Origin: Azolla caroliniana
Taxonomy: Eukaryota > Plantae > Polypodiophyta
Direction of reading: 5' to 3'
Length of the DNA: 64,000 nt
Assembly: GCA_043228905.1 (NCBI GenBank)
Contig: JBHGNT010000008.1
Location: 11,780,001 to 11,844,000, forward strand
Part shown: piece by piece, positions 1-12,993 of the stretch
Layout of the letters: each line of letters opens with the position of its first letter
How positions within the stretch are numbered: the first letter of the stretch is position 1
The notes under the pieces: generated by a model
Seen by the model: the letters and a program-made list of their open reading frames with translations, nothing else
Database searches by the model: none
Told to the model about the DNA's origin: nothing
Translations under genes and position numbers: made by a program

Positions 1-764
1 AGCCGAGCATCTGATCGTGCACACAGGATGTGAGGCAATACAACACTCTGCATGCTCCTTGTTCCCATGCTGGGAAGTCCTTGTGTGCTGGCTCCTTCCA
101 CATAGCTCCAATAACCATGCGCCAATAGGTACTGGTGCATTTTATATGACCAGGATGCATAGTTGCTCCGATCGAGCTTTTCTATGGGAAGCGAACTTGC
201 CATACCTCTGTCCATCTTGGTTCTCTTCTGTTCTTCATCAGGTGTTAGGGTTTGTCTTCGAAAGCATATGTCGGCTGCGGAGGAGTCTCAACCCTCGCGC
301 TTTGATACCATGTTAAAGTTAATATGCGGAGGCGTATGACAAACCGGCTTAGTCGGATACTAACAGAACATAGAGAAGAAGGTTTAACGGAGACCTTACA
401 CAAAGAATACAGGGGAGAGACAGAGAGAACAAAACATAAACTAAATTCAAAAATAATAATCCTCTATACATAGAATGTGCTCAAAGAGCACTTTTATACA
501 AGTCCATAAAGGATTGACAAAAGTACTGACAGGTACTTCAATGCTCATACGAGCGACTGACACTGACTCCCAAAAATATGCCTATGTACTAGGCTAGATC
601 CATAGGCCTCTAACGGCCTACCGGTTTCAATCTAATCCGGTTCTTCAATCTGGCTCCTGGTTCCGGATATCATCCGGACACCGATCTGGTTCTCCGTTCC
701 GAACACCAATCCGACTCTGGCGTATTCAGCTGATCCGGATCCGGTTGAGCTTGCTCGCTCAACA
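1..764 (-). mobile_element. 5' end of a Ty1/copia element (family A): 5' LTR 311-764, PBS-Met 299-310, start of gag (ATG at 215, running off the window)
   Basis: The minus strand reads TGTTGAGC...TTTAACA then TGGTATCAAAGC. Gag MDRGMASSLPIEKLDRSNYASWSYKMHQYL matches ORF 29701. The LTR resembles 23865-24099 and 29180-29598. Confidence 0.88.
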
Positions 765-2174
765 CTGATGAGTTGTGGCATAAGAGGTTGTGTCACATGA
801 GACAAAAAGGAATGCAGAAACTTGCCGAGGACAACCTCATTCCGGAGGTGAAAGACGTGCATCGTGAGAAGTGCACCGATTGCTTGGCCTAAACCCTAAA
901 CCGAACCTCTTTCTAGTCAAGCCCACCGATGAGACGAAATGCACCACTAGAACTTGTGCGTATAGATGCATGCCAAGTGGACACGAAATCACATGCCGGA
1001 TCACGGTATTTTGTGACGTTGATAGATGACCACAACCGGAAGCTATGGGTCTCACCACTGAAGACGAAGGACTAGGTATTATCCGTCTTCAAGAAATTCC
1101 ACGCGAGGGTGGAAACGGAAACCGGCCGAAGCTAAAGGTGGTTCAAGCGGACACCAGAGGAGAATACCGGGGCCAATTTGAGGAGTATTGCCGGTTGAAG
1201 GGAATCTGGCTCGAATTCACTGTCCCGAAGACACCGGAGGTGAACGGATTGGACGAAAGGATGAACCGAACCGTAATGGAGAAAGTCTAGAGCCTACTGG
1301 CACATGCTAAACTGTCCAAGACATTTGGGGCTAAGGCGCTGATGACAACCACGTATGTGATAAATAGATCACCGTCAGCGCCCTTCGACGGATACAGACC
1401 ACAGAAGGTATGGACCAGTTAAGACGTGTCTTACCGGCATCTGAAGGTGTTCGGTTGACTCACTTACGTGCATGTTGCAAAGGACAAGAGAGAAAAGTTG
1501 GATCCAAAGTCCCGACCATGCATATTCCTTAGATACGGCGATGATGAGTTTGGCTACTGAGTGTGGGACTAGGTTGACAAGAAGGTCTTCCGAAGTCGAG
1601 ACATAGTCTTCATGGAAGACAAGAATATTGCAAAATGGAAGTCAGAGAAGAAGATAGTGGACTTCGTGTCGACCGACAGAGATCGGTCAAAAGATACAAG
1701 GATTCATTCGGATGGAAGTCGGGTGAAACTCGAAGAACCAACCCGATTCGGACAAGAAACCAAACCAATCAAAGAGGACGAATTTTCGGCAATAGTGTGA
1801 AAATCCCATAAAACGTACAAAAACGAGTATGAATCACATAATACAATAATTGTAAAGATAGTATTTTAAATAAATTTAATATCTAAGTACAAAATGATGG
1901 AGGTTTCGAATGCAGTTTATTACACGAGAAACGGACAACTAAATGTCAAGATATGAGGGTATAAAGTTTGTGAAAGGAAAAGAGAAAATTGTGAGATATC
2001 CCACATGGGCACGACAAATATGGCTCTCATCATATATAAGGTAGAGCAAAAGATATTATCTTTGTGTCTATGTGTGGAGCATAGAGAGTTCAAGGTAACT
2101 TGAACTAAGAGTGGAGGTGGGCTAGCTACTTGTAAAGGGTTTTGGCCAACCAAAACCGGACTGGCGATGAAGCC

Positions 2175-2630
2175 GGTGATCCGGCGCCAATGAGACACCG
2201 GTATCTGACGGCAATCCGGCAACGGCAAGGTGACGGTATCCGGCGGCATCCGGCACCGGTGAGACGACGACATCCGGCGAGGCACCGGTAACCGACGGCA
2301 TCCGATGGCAAGGTGACGGTATCTGGCGGCATCCGGTGACGGCATCTGGCGCCGGTGAGACAACGGCATCCGGCGAGGCACCGGTATCTGACGGCATCCG
2401 ATGGCAAGGTGACGGTATCTGGCGGCATCTGGCGCCGGTGAGACGACGGCATCCGGCGAGGCACCGGTAACCGACGGCAAGGTGACGGTATCCGGCGCCG
2501 GGGAGACGACGGCATCCGACGGCATTCCGGTGACGGCATCCGGCGCCGGTGAGACGACGACATCCGGCGAGGCACCGGTAACCGATGGCATCCGGCGACG
2601 ACGAGGTGACGGCATCCAGCGTCCGGTGAC
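2175..2630. repeat. GC-rich compound tandem repeat in G1 U3 (GACGGCATCCGGCG / GGCAAGGTGACGGTATC modules)
   Basis: Reiterated modules are directly visible. Shorter versions lie at ~9080-9210 and ~9400-9530. Confidence 0.85.
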
Positions 2631-2682
2631 TAGATAATTAAATATATAAATATATATACATATATACATACATATACAAGGA

Positions 2683-2752
2683 GGGCAAGTAAGGATTCGA
2701 ACCTTGCGCCTCCAAGTTAGGAGTCAATTGGCTTACCATTAAGCCATGCCAT
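2683..2752 (-). promoter_or_regulatory. tRNA-like Pol III A/B-box module in G1 LTR (further copies 9261-9330, 9581-9650)
   Basis: Minus strand: TGGCTTAATGGTAAGCC...CAAGGTTCGAATCCTT. A box, D-stem GGCTT/AAGCC, B box, T-stem AAGG/CCTT, canonical tRNA spacing. Confidence 0.7.
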
Positions 2753-3226
2753 TTAGTTGAATTTATATTTCTGTCATTGTACTTTTTTTTACATGTAAAT
2801 TCTCATACATGAGAGCTAAAATGAGTGACATGGTTATCATGTACCACATGTAATACATAAGCGCCAAATGGCAAACATGCATTTTATGCATGTCTTGTAC
2901 CCTCACATGCATCATATGCATGAGAGCATCTATAAAAGAAGGAAGGGGGAGGAGAAAAAATGCGTTTTTTGGGTTATGAAATTAAGAGGAAGAAATTTGT
3001 TATCAAATTGATCGTGTAACTTGTTTCTTAAATCCAAAGATAAAAGTTCAATCAATCTCTCTCAATCATTGAATCTCAACTTCTCTCTTTCCCAATCTAT
3101 CTTAAGTACTTTCTCGCTAAAGCTTGTGCCAAAGCTTGTACCGACTTTGAATCCTTCCGGTCCAGAACCCCGGCGGTTCTGCCTCACGATCCGCGCGTAG
3201 TGACGGATCTTCACGACATAATTGAG

Positions 3227-3243
3227 TGGTGAACCCGACGTGA
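3227..3243 (+). other. Primer-binding site, tRNA-Trp type
   Basis: TGGTGAACCCGACGTGA is complementary to the 3' end of plant tRNA-Trp(CCA). The same type of PBS is at 16676 and 41894. Confidence 0.8.
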
Positions 3244-3285
3244 AAGAGGCGGTAGGAAGGATCAAGTCGAGATTAATACTTGGAG

Positions 3286-5484
3286 ATGGCGTCCTCAAGC
3301 AACTAAGCGGGAGAGCTCGAAAGGATGATGCTAATCGTCGAGCAAATGATGAGATCTCGGGACAACGATGCGAGCGTGGAGAAGGCTGTCGATCGTGTCG
3401 TAAAGCTCGAGGGCCAATTCGATGGAAGGAATGTTACGAAGTTCCTTGATGCATATAGAAGGGAGATGAATCAGAGGGATGTGTCCGAGGCACGTCAAAT
3501 CGCAAGCTTCAAGAGAGTTGTCGCCAACAACATCCAAAGACGCGTCATCGAGCTTCAAGAAGGTAAGACAACATGGTCCGAGTTCGAGAAAACGATACTA
3601 GCGGAGTTCGTGACTGAAGACTCAACGAGGATGACTCGACATGCCCTGATGAAGTGGATAGAGAAGAAGAATAAGAAGATGAGCGTCTTGAGGGTGTACG
3701 ACGAATTCGACCAAATGTTTAGTCGTCTCCCCAATACGGACCAAGTGTTGCTTAAAGAGGACAAGACTTTGTACTTCTTGAAGGCCGTGGACATAAAGGA
3801 TAGACGGGAGTTGGGGACTCTTGTCGAAGATGATACCCAAGCAAATGGGCTCGTAGCGGACTGGATCGCGGTGAAGCGGGCATGCAATAGGCTCGACAAA
3901 GCGTCGCCAATGGGTTGATGACACCAACTTGACGGGATCGACTACCACGGAGAAAGCAAGACCGCCGAAAGTAGCTGAGCCGCCAAGACAAAGTAACGTG
4001 GAAGAAAAGAAGATTGATGACGACATCATTGAAGAGCTAGTGAAGAAGTTCGAGAAGGTCACGCTAGCCAACATGAATCGTCGGGGCCCTAAAGGAAAAG
4101 AACCCTTTAGATGCGTGTGGTGCGATAGCATGGACCACATGAGAAGGGATTGTGGGAGCCTTCGAGAGGCGATTCGACAAAATATCGTATACATAGAGGA
4201 CAACATGATCTACTCAAGCGAGACTAGAAGACCCCTACGGGTGAATTTCGGAAGAGGAGGAATGAAGAAATCTATGGAGGATGCCGATGCGACTCATGTG
4301 GATGCGATGCACTATGTTGCGTCAGCCAGAATAAGAGTCGGGAAAGACAAGACTGAAGCTGCTAGAGTGGGAGCAAAGTTTTGGACTTCCGTTGTCGAAT
4401 ATGAGAAGAAGGGAAAAGTGACATCAAACGAGGTAGAGCTTGCGGACCGAAGCGTGCAAAGCATAACCGGGTGGTCGGATCCGGTGGACGACAACACCAT
4501 ACTCGCAGAGGTGATGTGCGACAACCACGAGGTGTTTGTCGAAGAAAAGAGAAAGAGAATAGAAGAGCAAGGCCCATCAAAAAGACATGAAACAAGGAAC
4601 ACGAAAAAGAAGGACGATACGGAGACGAGTCGACCTTTACAAACGGAGGAACGAGAATCAGCCGAAAAGGGGAGCCGAGCATACGAGTTGAAGAAACGGT
4701 TTGGCCCGTGAAGGTTGGTGTTGAAGACCCCGCTCGGAGGACAAGGACTATACCTACCTATAAGCTAAGGTCGGACATAGAGTAGACGACGGACCTAAAG
4801 AAGATTCTCGAAGAACGAGTTCTTGATAGCCACGTAACTTTGTCCTTGAGGGAATTGCTTGGCATTACGAAGAAGGAGTTCCATGACACGATCGTGGACC
4901 TTGTAAAGAGAAATAGACAACAATCGGATGAGGAAGAAGAGAAGCCGCAAAAAGCAAAAACGAATGCCATAACGATGGCAAGAGACGAAGTTGATGAAGA
5001 TATGGTGGACAGCCACTATACTCGACCTCATTGGGCACGAGCGACAACGGAGACGCCGGTGAAGATTGGGGAGAAGAAAGAGACCGTGGTAGCCTTGATC
5101 GACCACAGCTCGGAGATCAACCTCATGTCAACCGACTTCTACAAAAAAGGAAGATGTCCAATCAATACAAACCACGGATGGAAGATTCGCGCGGCAACAA
5201 AGTCTACGGAGGACTTGTACGGAGCTTGTCCCAATATCAAAGTCACAATCGGGGATGTGGAGATGGATCAACACTTCTTCGTACAAGAATCGACGTCGCA
5301 TCCTGTCATCCTAGGGCAACCTTATATCACATCATCTCGGATGGAGACCAAAGTGTTCGATAATGGAGCAACGTTTGCATGAATAAAGAGTCTTGACAAC
5401 CAAAGATCGGTCCAATTCCTAACGGTGCGAGCCAATCATGAAAGGAATCGAGATAGTCTCAGAGGCGAATCCTCGGATTTTTAG
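3286..5484 (+). pseudogene. gag: G1 gag-protease (stops and frameshifts)
   Basis: ORFs 3325-3918, 3929-4711 (CVWCDSMDHMRRDC knuckle) and 4840-5382 (ALIDHSSEINLM protease motif). Ends at GAT TTT TAG. Confidence 0.85.
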
Positions 5485-8400
5485 AGCGGACTATTGAAGC
5501 ATGGGGCACAAATAGTCCGAGCAATCACAAGACCCCACAAGAAAAAAGAGTGCATGGATTGCGAGGAGAAGCAACATGTGTCACACCTAGTGGCACATGT
5601 AAACTAGTACTACCCGACAAGAAGCACAAGCACTGGATACAAGAATTTGAGAAGATGCTAAAAGAAGAAAACATAATAGAAGAAGGAGAGTTCATGACTC
5701 ATATTATGGAAGAACCCTCATTTAACGACACCATCGGTGAAATCGAGGACGTCGTGGACTTGAGCTATCTTCACAACCAACGCGTGATTTCGGTTAACTC
5801 CGTCAACATGTATGCTATCGTCGATGAATACCATCGTGGCATCTCGATGAAGGAAACTGACATCAACACGAAATATAAAACGATGGATAAGAAGATCAAG
5901 CCAGTTGCGGTTCCACTACCAGAAGATAGCTGGCAAAAGATGAAGGAAGTCGCTAATGATCCAAGCTTAAGAGATCCGAAGAAGATAGGTCATGTCTTCA
6001 CCAAAGAGATGAAGGGGAAGCTACGAGTTGGAAAGGAGGATTTCCTTCTCCCTGAAGAGGAGCGAATGTTTTGTGATATGCTTGAGAGACATGGGAAGGC
6101 TTTCGCATTCTTCCCACGAGAAATCGGATGCGCCGACCCAAAGTTTATAGAGCCGATGGTGATCTTCATGGTGCCTCATGTGCCTTGGAATTTGAAACCG
6201 GTTCCGAGAGCACAACTTCCGAAGCTAATCGAGCTCTTAAAGGAGAAGGTGAGTATGGGAATTCTAGAACCGTCGAATGCTCCTTATTCCAATAGGTGGT
6301 TCACGGTGCCGAAGAAGAATGGATCATTGCGATTCATCCAAGATCTTCAACCCGTCAACAAGGTGACAATTCGAAATGCCGGAATCGGTCCGAGCGTGGA
6401 CGAATTTGCCGAAGCGTTTGCGGGCAGGCCGGTCCATCTACTCCATTGGCAATCTCTACTCCGGATATGACCAATTCCAATTGGCGATCGATAGTCGGGA
6501 CATTACAACCATGAGGACTCCGATCGGACTTGTGCGGATGTGTACCTTACCCCAAGGCGCAACGAACTCGGTGGCTCATATGGTGAATGCTATGAATAAA
6601 GTCTTGAAGGATTGCATCCCGGACATCACGATGCCATTCTTGGATGATATTCCGATAAAAGGATGTTCAGATGAGGAGAAAGATGAATTGAAAGATAAGG
6701 AAGGTTGTAGAAAGTTCGTTGCGGATCATATGAAAGATTGCGAGAAGGTGCTTCAAAGGCTCGAAGATGCGAATTTGACATTTTCGGGAGAAAAATCCGC
6801 ATTCGGGCAACCGGAGATCTTGGTGGTAGGTCACTTGTGTGGAGCATACGGCCAGAAGCCCTTGCCATGCAAAGTGAATGCAATCCAAGACATGAAAGAA
6901 GAATGCGAAAACCAAACGGAGGTTCGAAGGTTCCTTGGAGCGTGCGCGTTTTATCATATATGGATTCCTCACTACGCTCATGTCACCGAACCGTTATATG
7001 GACTACTAAAGAAAAGAATGAAGTTCGAATGGCGAGACGAGCACACAAATGCGATGCGGAGATTAAAGAAACTGCTTCTTGAAGCTCGGGCACTAAGGAA
7101 GGCCAACTATGCTGAAGGGAAACCAACTTACGTGACCATAGATACGAGCCCAACCGGAATCGGGTGGGTCATCAATCAAGAAGGTGAAGATAATGTGCGA
7201 TATGCCATCCGGTTCGGAGCAAAGGTTCTCAGCGAACGGCAACAAAGATATGCCCAAGTCAAGCGGGAACTTTGGGGTATTGTGTCGGCAGTGAAGACGG
7301 ACAAAGATTACCTAATCGGGTCAGAAGTGATAATAGAGACAGATTGTCTCCCAATTCTCGGAATGGTCTCGGGATGTGCGACCCCAGATCTTGCTATGCT
7401 AAGGTGGATCGCCTACCTCAAGTCTTTAAACCCAGAGATCCGTCACATTGCAGGGAAGAAGAACGCCATGGCTGATATGTTGTCGAGGGCAAGATTTTCA
7501 AATGGAAGTAACATGGTTTCGAAAGATGAAGATGTCACGATTGTCGGCGGAAGACTAGGACACGCAAACCCTCCACGCCTTCAACGAGAACGAGTACGAA
7601 GGAGAGTGGTTACTCATCGGTAGATTCCTAAGAACATTGACGATAGATGCTTCGTTGACAAAGGAGGAGGCCCTACGAATCCGAAAGAAAGCTTACCGAT
7701 ACTTCTTGAAGGGAGGATTCCTTTGGCGACATCCAAAAAGAAGGACAGGAATACCACGTCGAGTGGTGGTAAAGAAAGAAGAGCAAGAGACGCTGATAAC
7801 CGAATTCCACGAGAGTGCTTGGGCAGGTAATAGAGGAACATGGGCGATGTTCGAAAAGTTGAAGGAGAAGTACTGGTGGCCAAGCATGTACAAAGATGTA
7901 CTCCATTTCGTGTCCACATGCGAAACTTGCCAAATATATTCAAATATACGTCATCGTGATGAGTTACAGCTGACATACCCACTCACCATACACTTCAAAT
8001 GGATGGTGGATCTGGTCTCGATGCCAATGGGAGTGGGACAAATGAAGTACTTAGCGTTGGCAAGGGAAGACTTGACAAATCAAGAGGAAGGACGAGCCTT
8101 GACAAATAAGACGACTTCCGCCGTTTGCAAATTTCTGCTTGAAGAGGTTGTTTGCCGATATGGATGTGTAGGGAAGATAGTGGCCGACCGAGGGGAGTTG
8201 GACGCGCACGAAGCGACGGAGCTCTTCGAAAGACTAGGCGTGAAGCTCTCCCTCACGACTGCCTACAATTCGGAAGCGAATGGGAAGATCGAGCGAGGGC
8301 ATGGGCCTATCGTTAAAGCCATCGTACGGGCATGCAAAGGTCGAGTTGGGAATTGGCCATGACTATTACCCTATGCCTTGTGGGCCAATAGAACGACACA

Positions 8401-8598
8401 TAGCTCAGTGACAGGGTATATGCAAACGATAATGCCACATACCACCTTGCGGAACTAGACGGATCAAGGTTGGTCGTACCCATTGCGGGAAAAAGAGTAA
8501 AGATTTTCAAGAAAAGACAAGACAAGGATCCTGACCTCGATTACCTCGACGATGAACATAATAGGGCAGATGTAAATGAAGACATGGAGGAATCTAAT
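5481..8598 (+). pseudogene. pol: G1 pol: RT, RNase H, integrase (disrupted)
   Basis: ORFs 5550-6470, 6376-7623 (LPQGATNS, PFLDD, RNase H) and 7637-8362 (integrase, NGKIERGH). Confidence 0.88.
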
Positions 8599-8673
8599 TG
8601 ATCACTGTAACCGAAATCTTACTTTCTCTCTTCTTGGCACGTACCAGAGGACGTGCGGTTTGGTGGGGGTGGA

Positions 8674-10057
8674 TGTCGTGAAGATTTTCGGCAATAGTGT
8701 GAAAATCCCATAAAACGTACAAAAACGAGTATGAATCACATAATACAATAATTGTGAAGATAGCATTTTAAATAAATGTAATATCTAAGTACAAAATGAT
8801 AGAGGTTTCGAATGCAGTTTATTACACGAGAAACGGACAACTAAATGTCAAGATATGAGGGTATAAAGTTTGTGAAAGGAAAAGAGAAAATTGTGAGATA
8901 TCCCACATAGGCACGACAAATACGGCCCTCATCATATATAAGGTAGAGCAAAAGATATTATCTTTGTGTCTATGTGTGGAGCATAGAGAGTTCAAGGTAA
9001 CTTGAACTAAGAGTGGAGGTGGGCTAGCTACTCGTAAAGGGTTTTGGCCAACCAAAACCGGACCGGCGATGAAGCCGGTGATTTGGCGCCAGTGAGACAC
9101 CGGCATCCGGTGACATCTGGCGACGGTGAGATGATGGCATCCGGCGAAGCACCGGTAACCGACGGCAAGGTGACGGTATCCGGCGGCATCCGGCGAACCG
9201 GCGTCCGGTGACTAGATAAATAAATATATAAATATATATACAGATATACATATACAAGGAGGGCAAGTAAGGATTCGGACCTTTCACCTCCGAGTTAGGA
9301 GTCAATTGGCTTACAATTAAGCCATGCCATTTAGTTGAATTTATATTTCTGTCATTGTACTTTTACATGTAAATTCTCATACATGAGAGCTAAAATGAGT
9401 GCATCCGGCGAGGCACCGGTAACCGACGGCATCCGACGGCAATCCGGCGACGGCAAGGTGACAGTATCCGGCGCCGGTGAGACGACGACATCCGGCGCGG
9501 CACCGGCATCCGACGAACCGGCGTCCGGTGACTAGATAAATAAATATATAAATATATATACATATATACATATACAAGGAGGGCAAGTAAGGATTCGAAC
9601 CTTGCACCTCCGAGTTAGGAGTCAATTGACTTACAATTAAGCCATGCCATTTAGTTGAATTTATATTTCTATCATTGTACTTTTACATGTAAATTCTCAT
9701 ACATGAGAGCTAAAATGAGTGACATGGTTATCATGTACCACATGTAATACATAAGCGCCAAATGGCAAATATGCATTTTATGCATGTCTTGTACCCTCAC
9801 ATGCATCATATGGATGAGAGCATCTATAAAAGAAGGGGGAGGAGAAAAAATGCGTTTTTTGGGTTATGAAATTAAGAGGAAGAAATTTGTTATCAAACTG
9901 ATCGTGTAACTTGTTTCTTAAATCCAAAGATAAAAGTTCAATCAATCTCTCTCAATCATTGAATCTCAACTTCTCTCTTTCCCAATCTATCTTAAGTACT
10001 TTCTCGCTAAAGCTTGTGCCAAAGCTTGTACCGACTTTGAATCCTTCTAGTCCAGAA
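8674..10057 (+). repeat. G1 3' LTR (internal ~320-bp duplication, last ~50 bp lost)
   Basis: Starts TGTCGTGAAG after the PPT. Similarity to the 5' LTR stops at ...TCCAGAA (10057). Confidence 0.85.
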
Positions 10058-10072
10058 TGGTTCACCAAATGG

Positions 10073-10737
10073 TGTCATGAAGATGCGCGTGCGAGCGTGC
10101 TTCGCTTGAGCGGGACCACCGGGGTCTTGGACTAAGGAGGATGTCCGTCAAGGTATTGAGAAGAGGACGATGTGAATGTAAGATTGGAGGAAGACCTATT
10201 ACACTTGAGAAGATTGAAGATTTTATACTTGAGAAGTAGATAAATCATTACAAGATAGATGCGAAGAAGATGAAATAGAAGCTTATTTTATTGATGGTGA
10301 TGATGATCATGATATCATTTTGAGCCCCCCCCCTTTACACAAGCCATACTAGGGGTTTTATAGGTTTGTCCATGCACAAAACCATGGGCTTGGAGCCATG
10401 GTTTCTGTGCACACAGTTTTGCTTTGTGACATGCAGGAAACCATGGGCTTAAAACCGTGGTTTTGTATACACGGTTTTGTTCGTTTGTTTCCTACGGAAT
10501 ACTGAATATGAAAAAGAAATATAGAACATCTAAAGCACTTAGTAGTAGCTTTAATGGTAAGGTAATTGCCTCTTATCTTAGAGGTGCAAGGTTCAAATCC
10601 TACTTGCAACCCTCTACATGCACTCAATGCTACTGTGACCTAGGTTTATTTATTTTCATTTTTACAAGTATTCGTGAAATGTGTGTGTGACCTAGGTTTT
10701 TGCATTTTTCTCGCACTAAACATGCCACATCACGACA
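10073..10737 (-). repeat. Inverted 5' LTR of a related gypsy family (G4) with a 9-bp PBS-Trp remnant at 10059-10067
   Basis: The minus strand reads TGTCGTGA...ATCTTCATGACA then CCATT TGGTGAACC. Its U5 motif ATCCTCCTTAGTCCAAGACCCCGGTGGT is homologous to G1/G2 U5. Confidence 0.8.
10539..10608 (+). promoter_or_regulatory. tRNA-like A/B-box module in G4 LTR (antisense to that LTR)
   Basis: TAGCTTTAATGGTAAGG...GAGGTGCAAGGTTCAAATCCTACTTGC is clearly homologous to the G1 module. Confidence 0.7.
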
Positions 10738-12464
10738 CCGGAACCAGACAAGACCACGATTTGGATTCAGATGAAGAGCAAACGGAGGAACCGGTAGTCA
10801 GAAACCAAGGACGGAGATACCCTCTAAGAGAGAGAAGACGCCCGTGGTGATTTCTGGACGTAGAGCATGTGCTTTTGAGCGATGAGGGGGAGCCAGAAAT
10901 ATTCGAAGAAGCAAAGAAAGACACCCATAGCCACAAGTGGTTAAGTGCCATACAGGACGAGATGGATTCCTTCTGTGAGAACCACACATATGAATTGACG
11001 GAGCTGCCGAAGGGAAAGAGTGCGCTCCTGAACAAGTGGGTGTACAAGATGAAACCGGGAGTCACCGGAAATCCACCAGGTACAAAGCCCGGATCGTGGT
11101 GAAGGGCTTACCGTAGAAAAAGGGAGTGGATTTCGACGAGATCTTTGCCCCACTAGTCAAGATGACATCCATCCAGACTGTCTTTAGCATTGCGGCAAGC
11201 ATGGACCTCGAGGTCGAGCAGCTAGACTTCAGGACAACGTTCCTGCACGATGACCTCGAAGAAGAGATCTACATACAACAGCCGGAGGGGTTGTCAAGAA
11301 AGGGAAGGAGCACTTGGTATGCCGGTTGAAGAAGAGCTTATACAGACTAAAGCAAGCCCTCTGGCAATGGTACCGGAAGTTTGACTCCTTCATGACCGAC
11401 CAAGGATAACACAAGATGCAAGCCGACCACTGCGTATTTGGGAAGAAGTTAGACGGAGGAGACTTCCGGGTACTCTTGCTGTATGTGGATGATGTGTTGA
11501 TCGTTGAACGAGACCGTATCAAAATCGGAATGCTGAGAAGGCTTTGAGCCGATCATTCGCATTGAAAGATATGGGTTCGGCTAGACAAATCCTAGGGATG
11601 CACATAATCCGGGACCGGTCGAAGAAGTAGTTGTGGCTGTCACCGGAAAAGTACGTGACAAAGGTGCTTCAAAGGTTCAACATGTCGGATGCGAAGCCAG
11701 TCAGGTTGACACTTTCGACAAACTGTAAGCTATCGAGGAAGCAGAGCCCGAAGACAAAGGCAGAGAAGTTAGAGATGATGAAGATACCATACACCTCTAC
11801 CTTCGGAAGCTTGATGTACGCAATGGTGTGTACCCGACCATATATCGAATATGTTGTCAGACTGCTTAGCCGGTTCATGAGCAATTTGGGAAGAGAACAC
11901 TGGACCGCGGTCAAGTGGATACTCCGGTACTTGAAAGGCACCTAGAGTATTTGCCTCCGATTCGGCTCAAGTAAACCCCAACTTGAAGGTTTCACAAAAT
12001 CGGATGTGTTGGTTGATGCATCAACCGGTAAATGTCCATATATGTCATGACATATGCAGGGGGAGTCATATCATGGCAAGCAAGGCTGCAGAAGTCCGTT
12101 TCACTGTCGACAACGGAAGCGGACTACATTGCGGTTGTAGAAGCCAGTAAAGAGGTAATCTGGATGAAGGACTTAATTTGAGAATTAGGGATCTGGCAAG
12201 AGGAATTCCGACTCTACTTCAACAGTCAAAGTGCCATCCACCTGGCGAAGAACGCAGCCTACCACTCCCAGACCAAGCAGATCCAGAGAAGATATCACTG
12301 GCTCTAGGAGAAGGTAGAAGATAAAGAGTTCTTGCTGACGAAGATTCATACAGAGGAGAATGGGTCGAACATGCCGACCAAGATGTTGTCATTTGACAAG
12401 CTGGACGTGTGCAAGAGATAGATTGGATTGACAAGAAATCCCATGCCGAAGTGAAGGAGGAGCT

Positions 12465-12993
12465 TGTTGGGAATTCAGTCCTTCTGAATGGGATTCGGAT
12501 GCGACGGATCGGACGAGCCGAAGGAAGGAACTGGACCGGACGGATCCGGAAGGCGTCCGGATGAATCCAATGTGAACTAGATCCAGGCACATATCTATAA
12601 ATATGTTTCTAGTGGGCCTGTCATGGCCACATTTGTAAATAGTCCTAAAGTCATATAAGTATAAATATGACTTAGGGCAATCACTTTGCGTAGTAGCTAG
12701 TTGTTATCATTATTGTTGTATAGAGAGGTAGAGAGAGAAAGAGAGAGTGAGAGAGAAACAAAAAGTATCTTTTGTTGTAACTACCGGTTGGTGAAGTCAT
12801 AGAGCTCGAGATCATTGCCTCTAAGTCTCGCATTGTGTCCTTCCTCTCATAGTGATATTTGGAGTCTGTGGGCTCCCGTGGTTTTTCCAGCTTAGGGCTT
12901 TCCACGTTAACATCGTGTGTCTATCTTATATCCGTTATGTTTGCTTTCATTGAGTGTTTAAGACTCGGTTTCGGCCTAGTACTATTCCGCACA
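12465..12993 (+). repeat. 3' LTR of degenerate copia B
   Basis: TGTTGGGAATT...CCGCACA after the PPT. Shares motifs with LTR 31237-31958. Host copia-A sequence resumes at 12994. Confidence 0.82.

Larger units (their letters stand above)
1782..3218 (+). repeat. G1 5' LTR (first ~10 bp missing)
   Basis: Matches the 3' LTR from ATTTTCGGCAATAG onward and ends ...TCTTCACGACA. TATA-like TATAAAAG near 2930. Confidence 0.88.
1782..10057 (+). mobile_element. Ty3/gypsy element G1 (non-chromovirus, Phygy/Selgy-like), degenerate
   Basis: Two long direct repeats (1782-3218, 8674-10057), PBS, gag-PR-RT-RH-INT order, PPT GGTGGGGGTGGA before 8674. Confidence 0.9.
765..12993 (+). mobile_element. Degenerate Tork/Tnt1-like copia (family B), interrupted by the gypsy block 1782-10737
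   Basis: 765-1781 (GAG-pre-integrase/integrase) and 10738-12454 (RT/RNase H) are collinear with the intact ORF 31989-36065. A PPT at ~12454-12462 precedes the 3' LTR. Confidence 0.88.

Noticed and set aside
1920-2669. Overlapping 90-250 aa repetitive ORFs in the G1 LTR
   Set aside because: They are by-products of a stop-poor GC tandem repeat and are not conserved in length in the other LTR.
2683-2752. Functional tRNA genes at the tRNA-like modules
   Set aside because: Anticodon and acceptor arms pair poorly and differ among copies. Reported as tRNA-derived modules only.
10375-10480. Palindromic AAACCATGG...CCATGGTTT motifs as a MITE or Helitron end
   Set aside because: They fall within the inverted G4 LTR with no TIR/TSD pair and are better read as U3 motifs.
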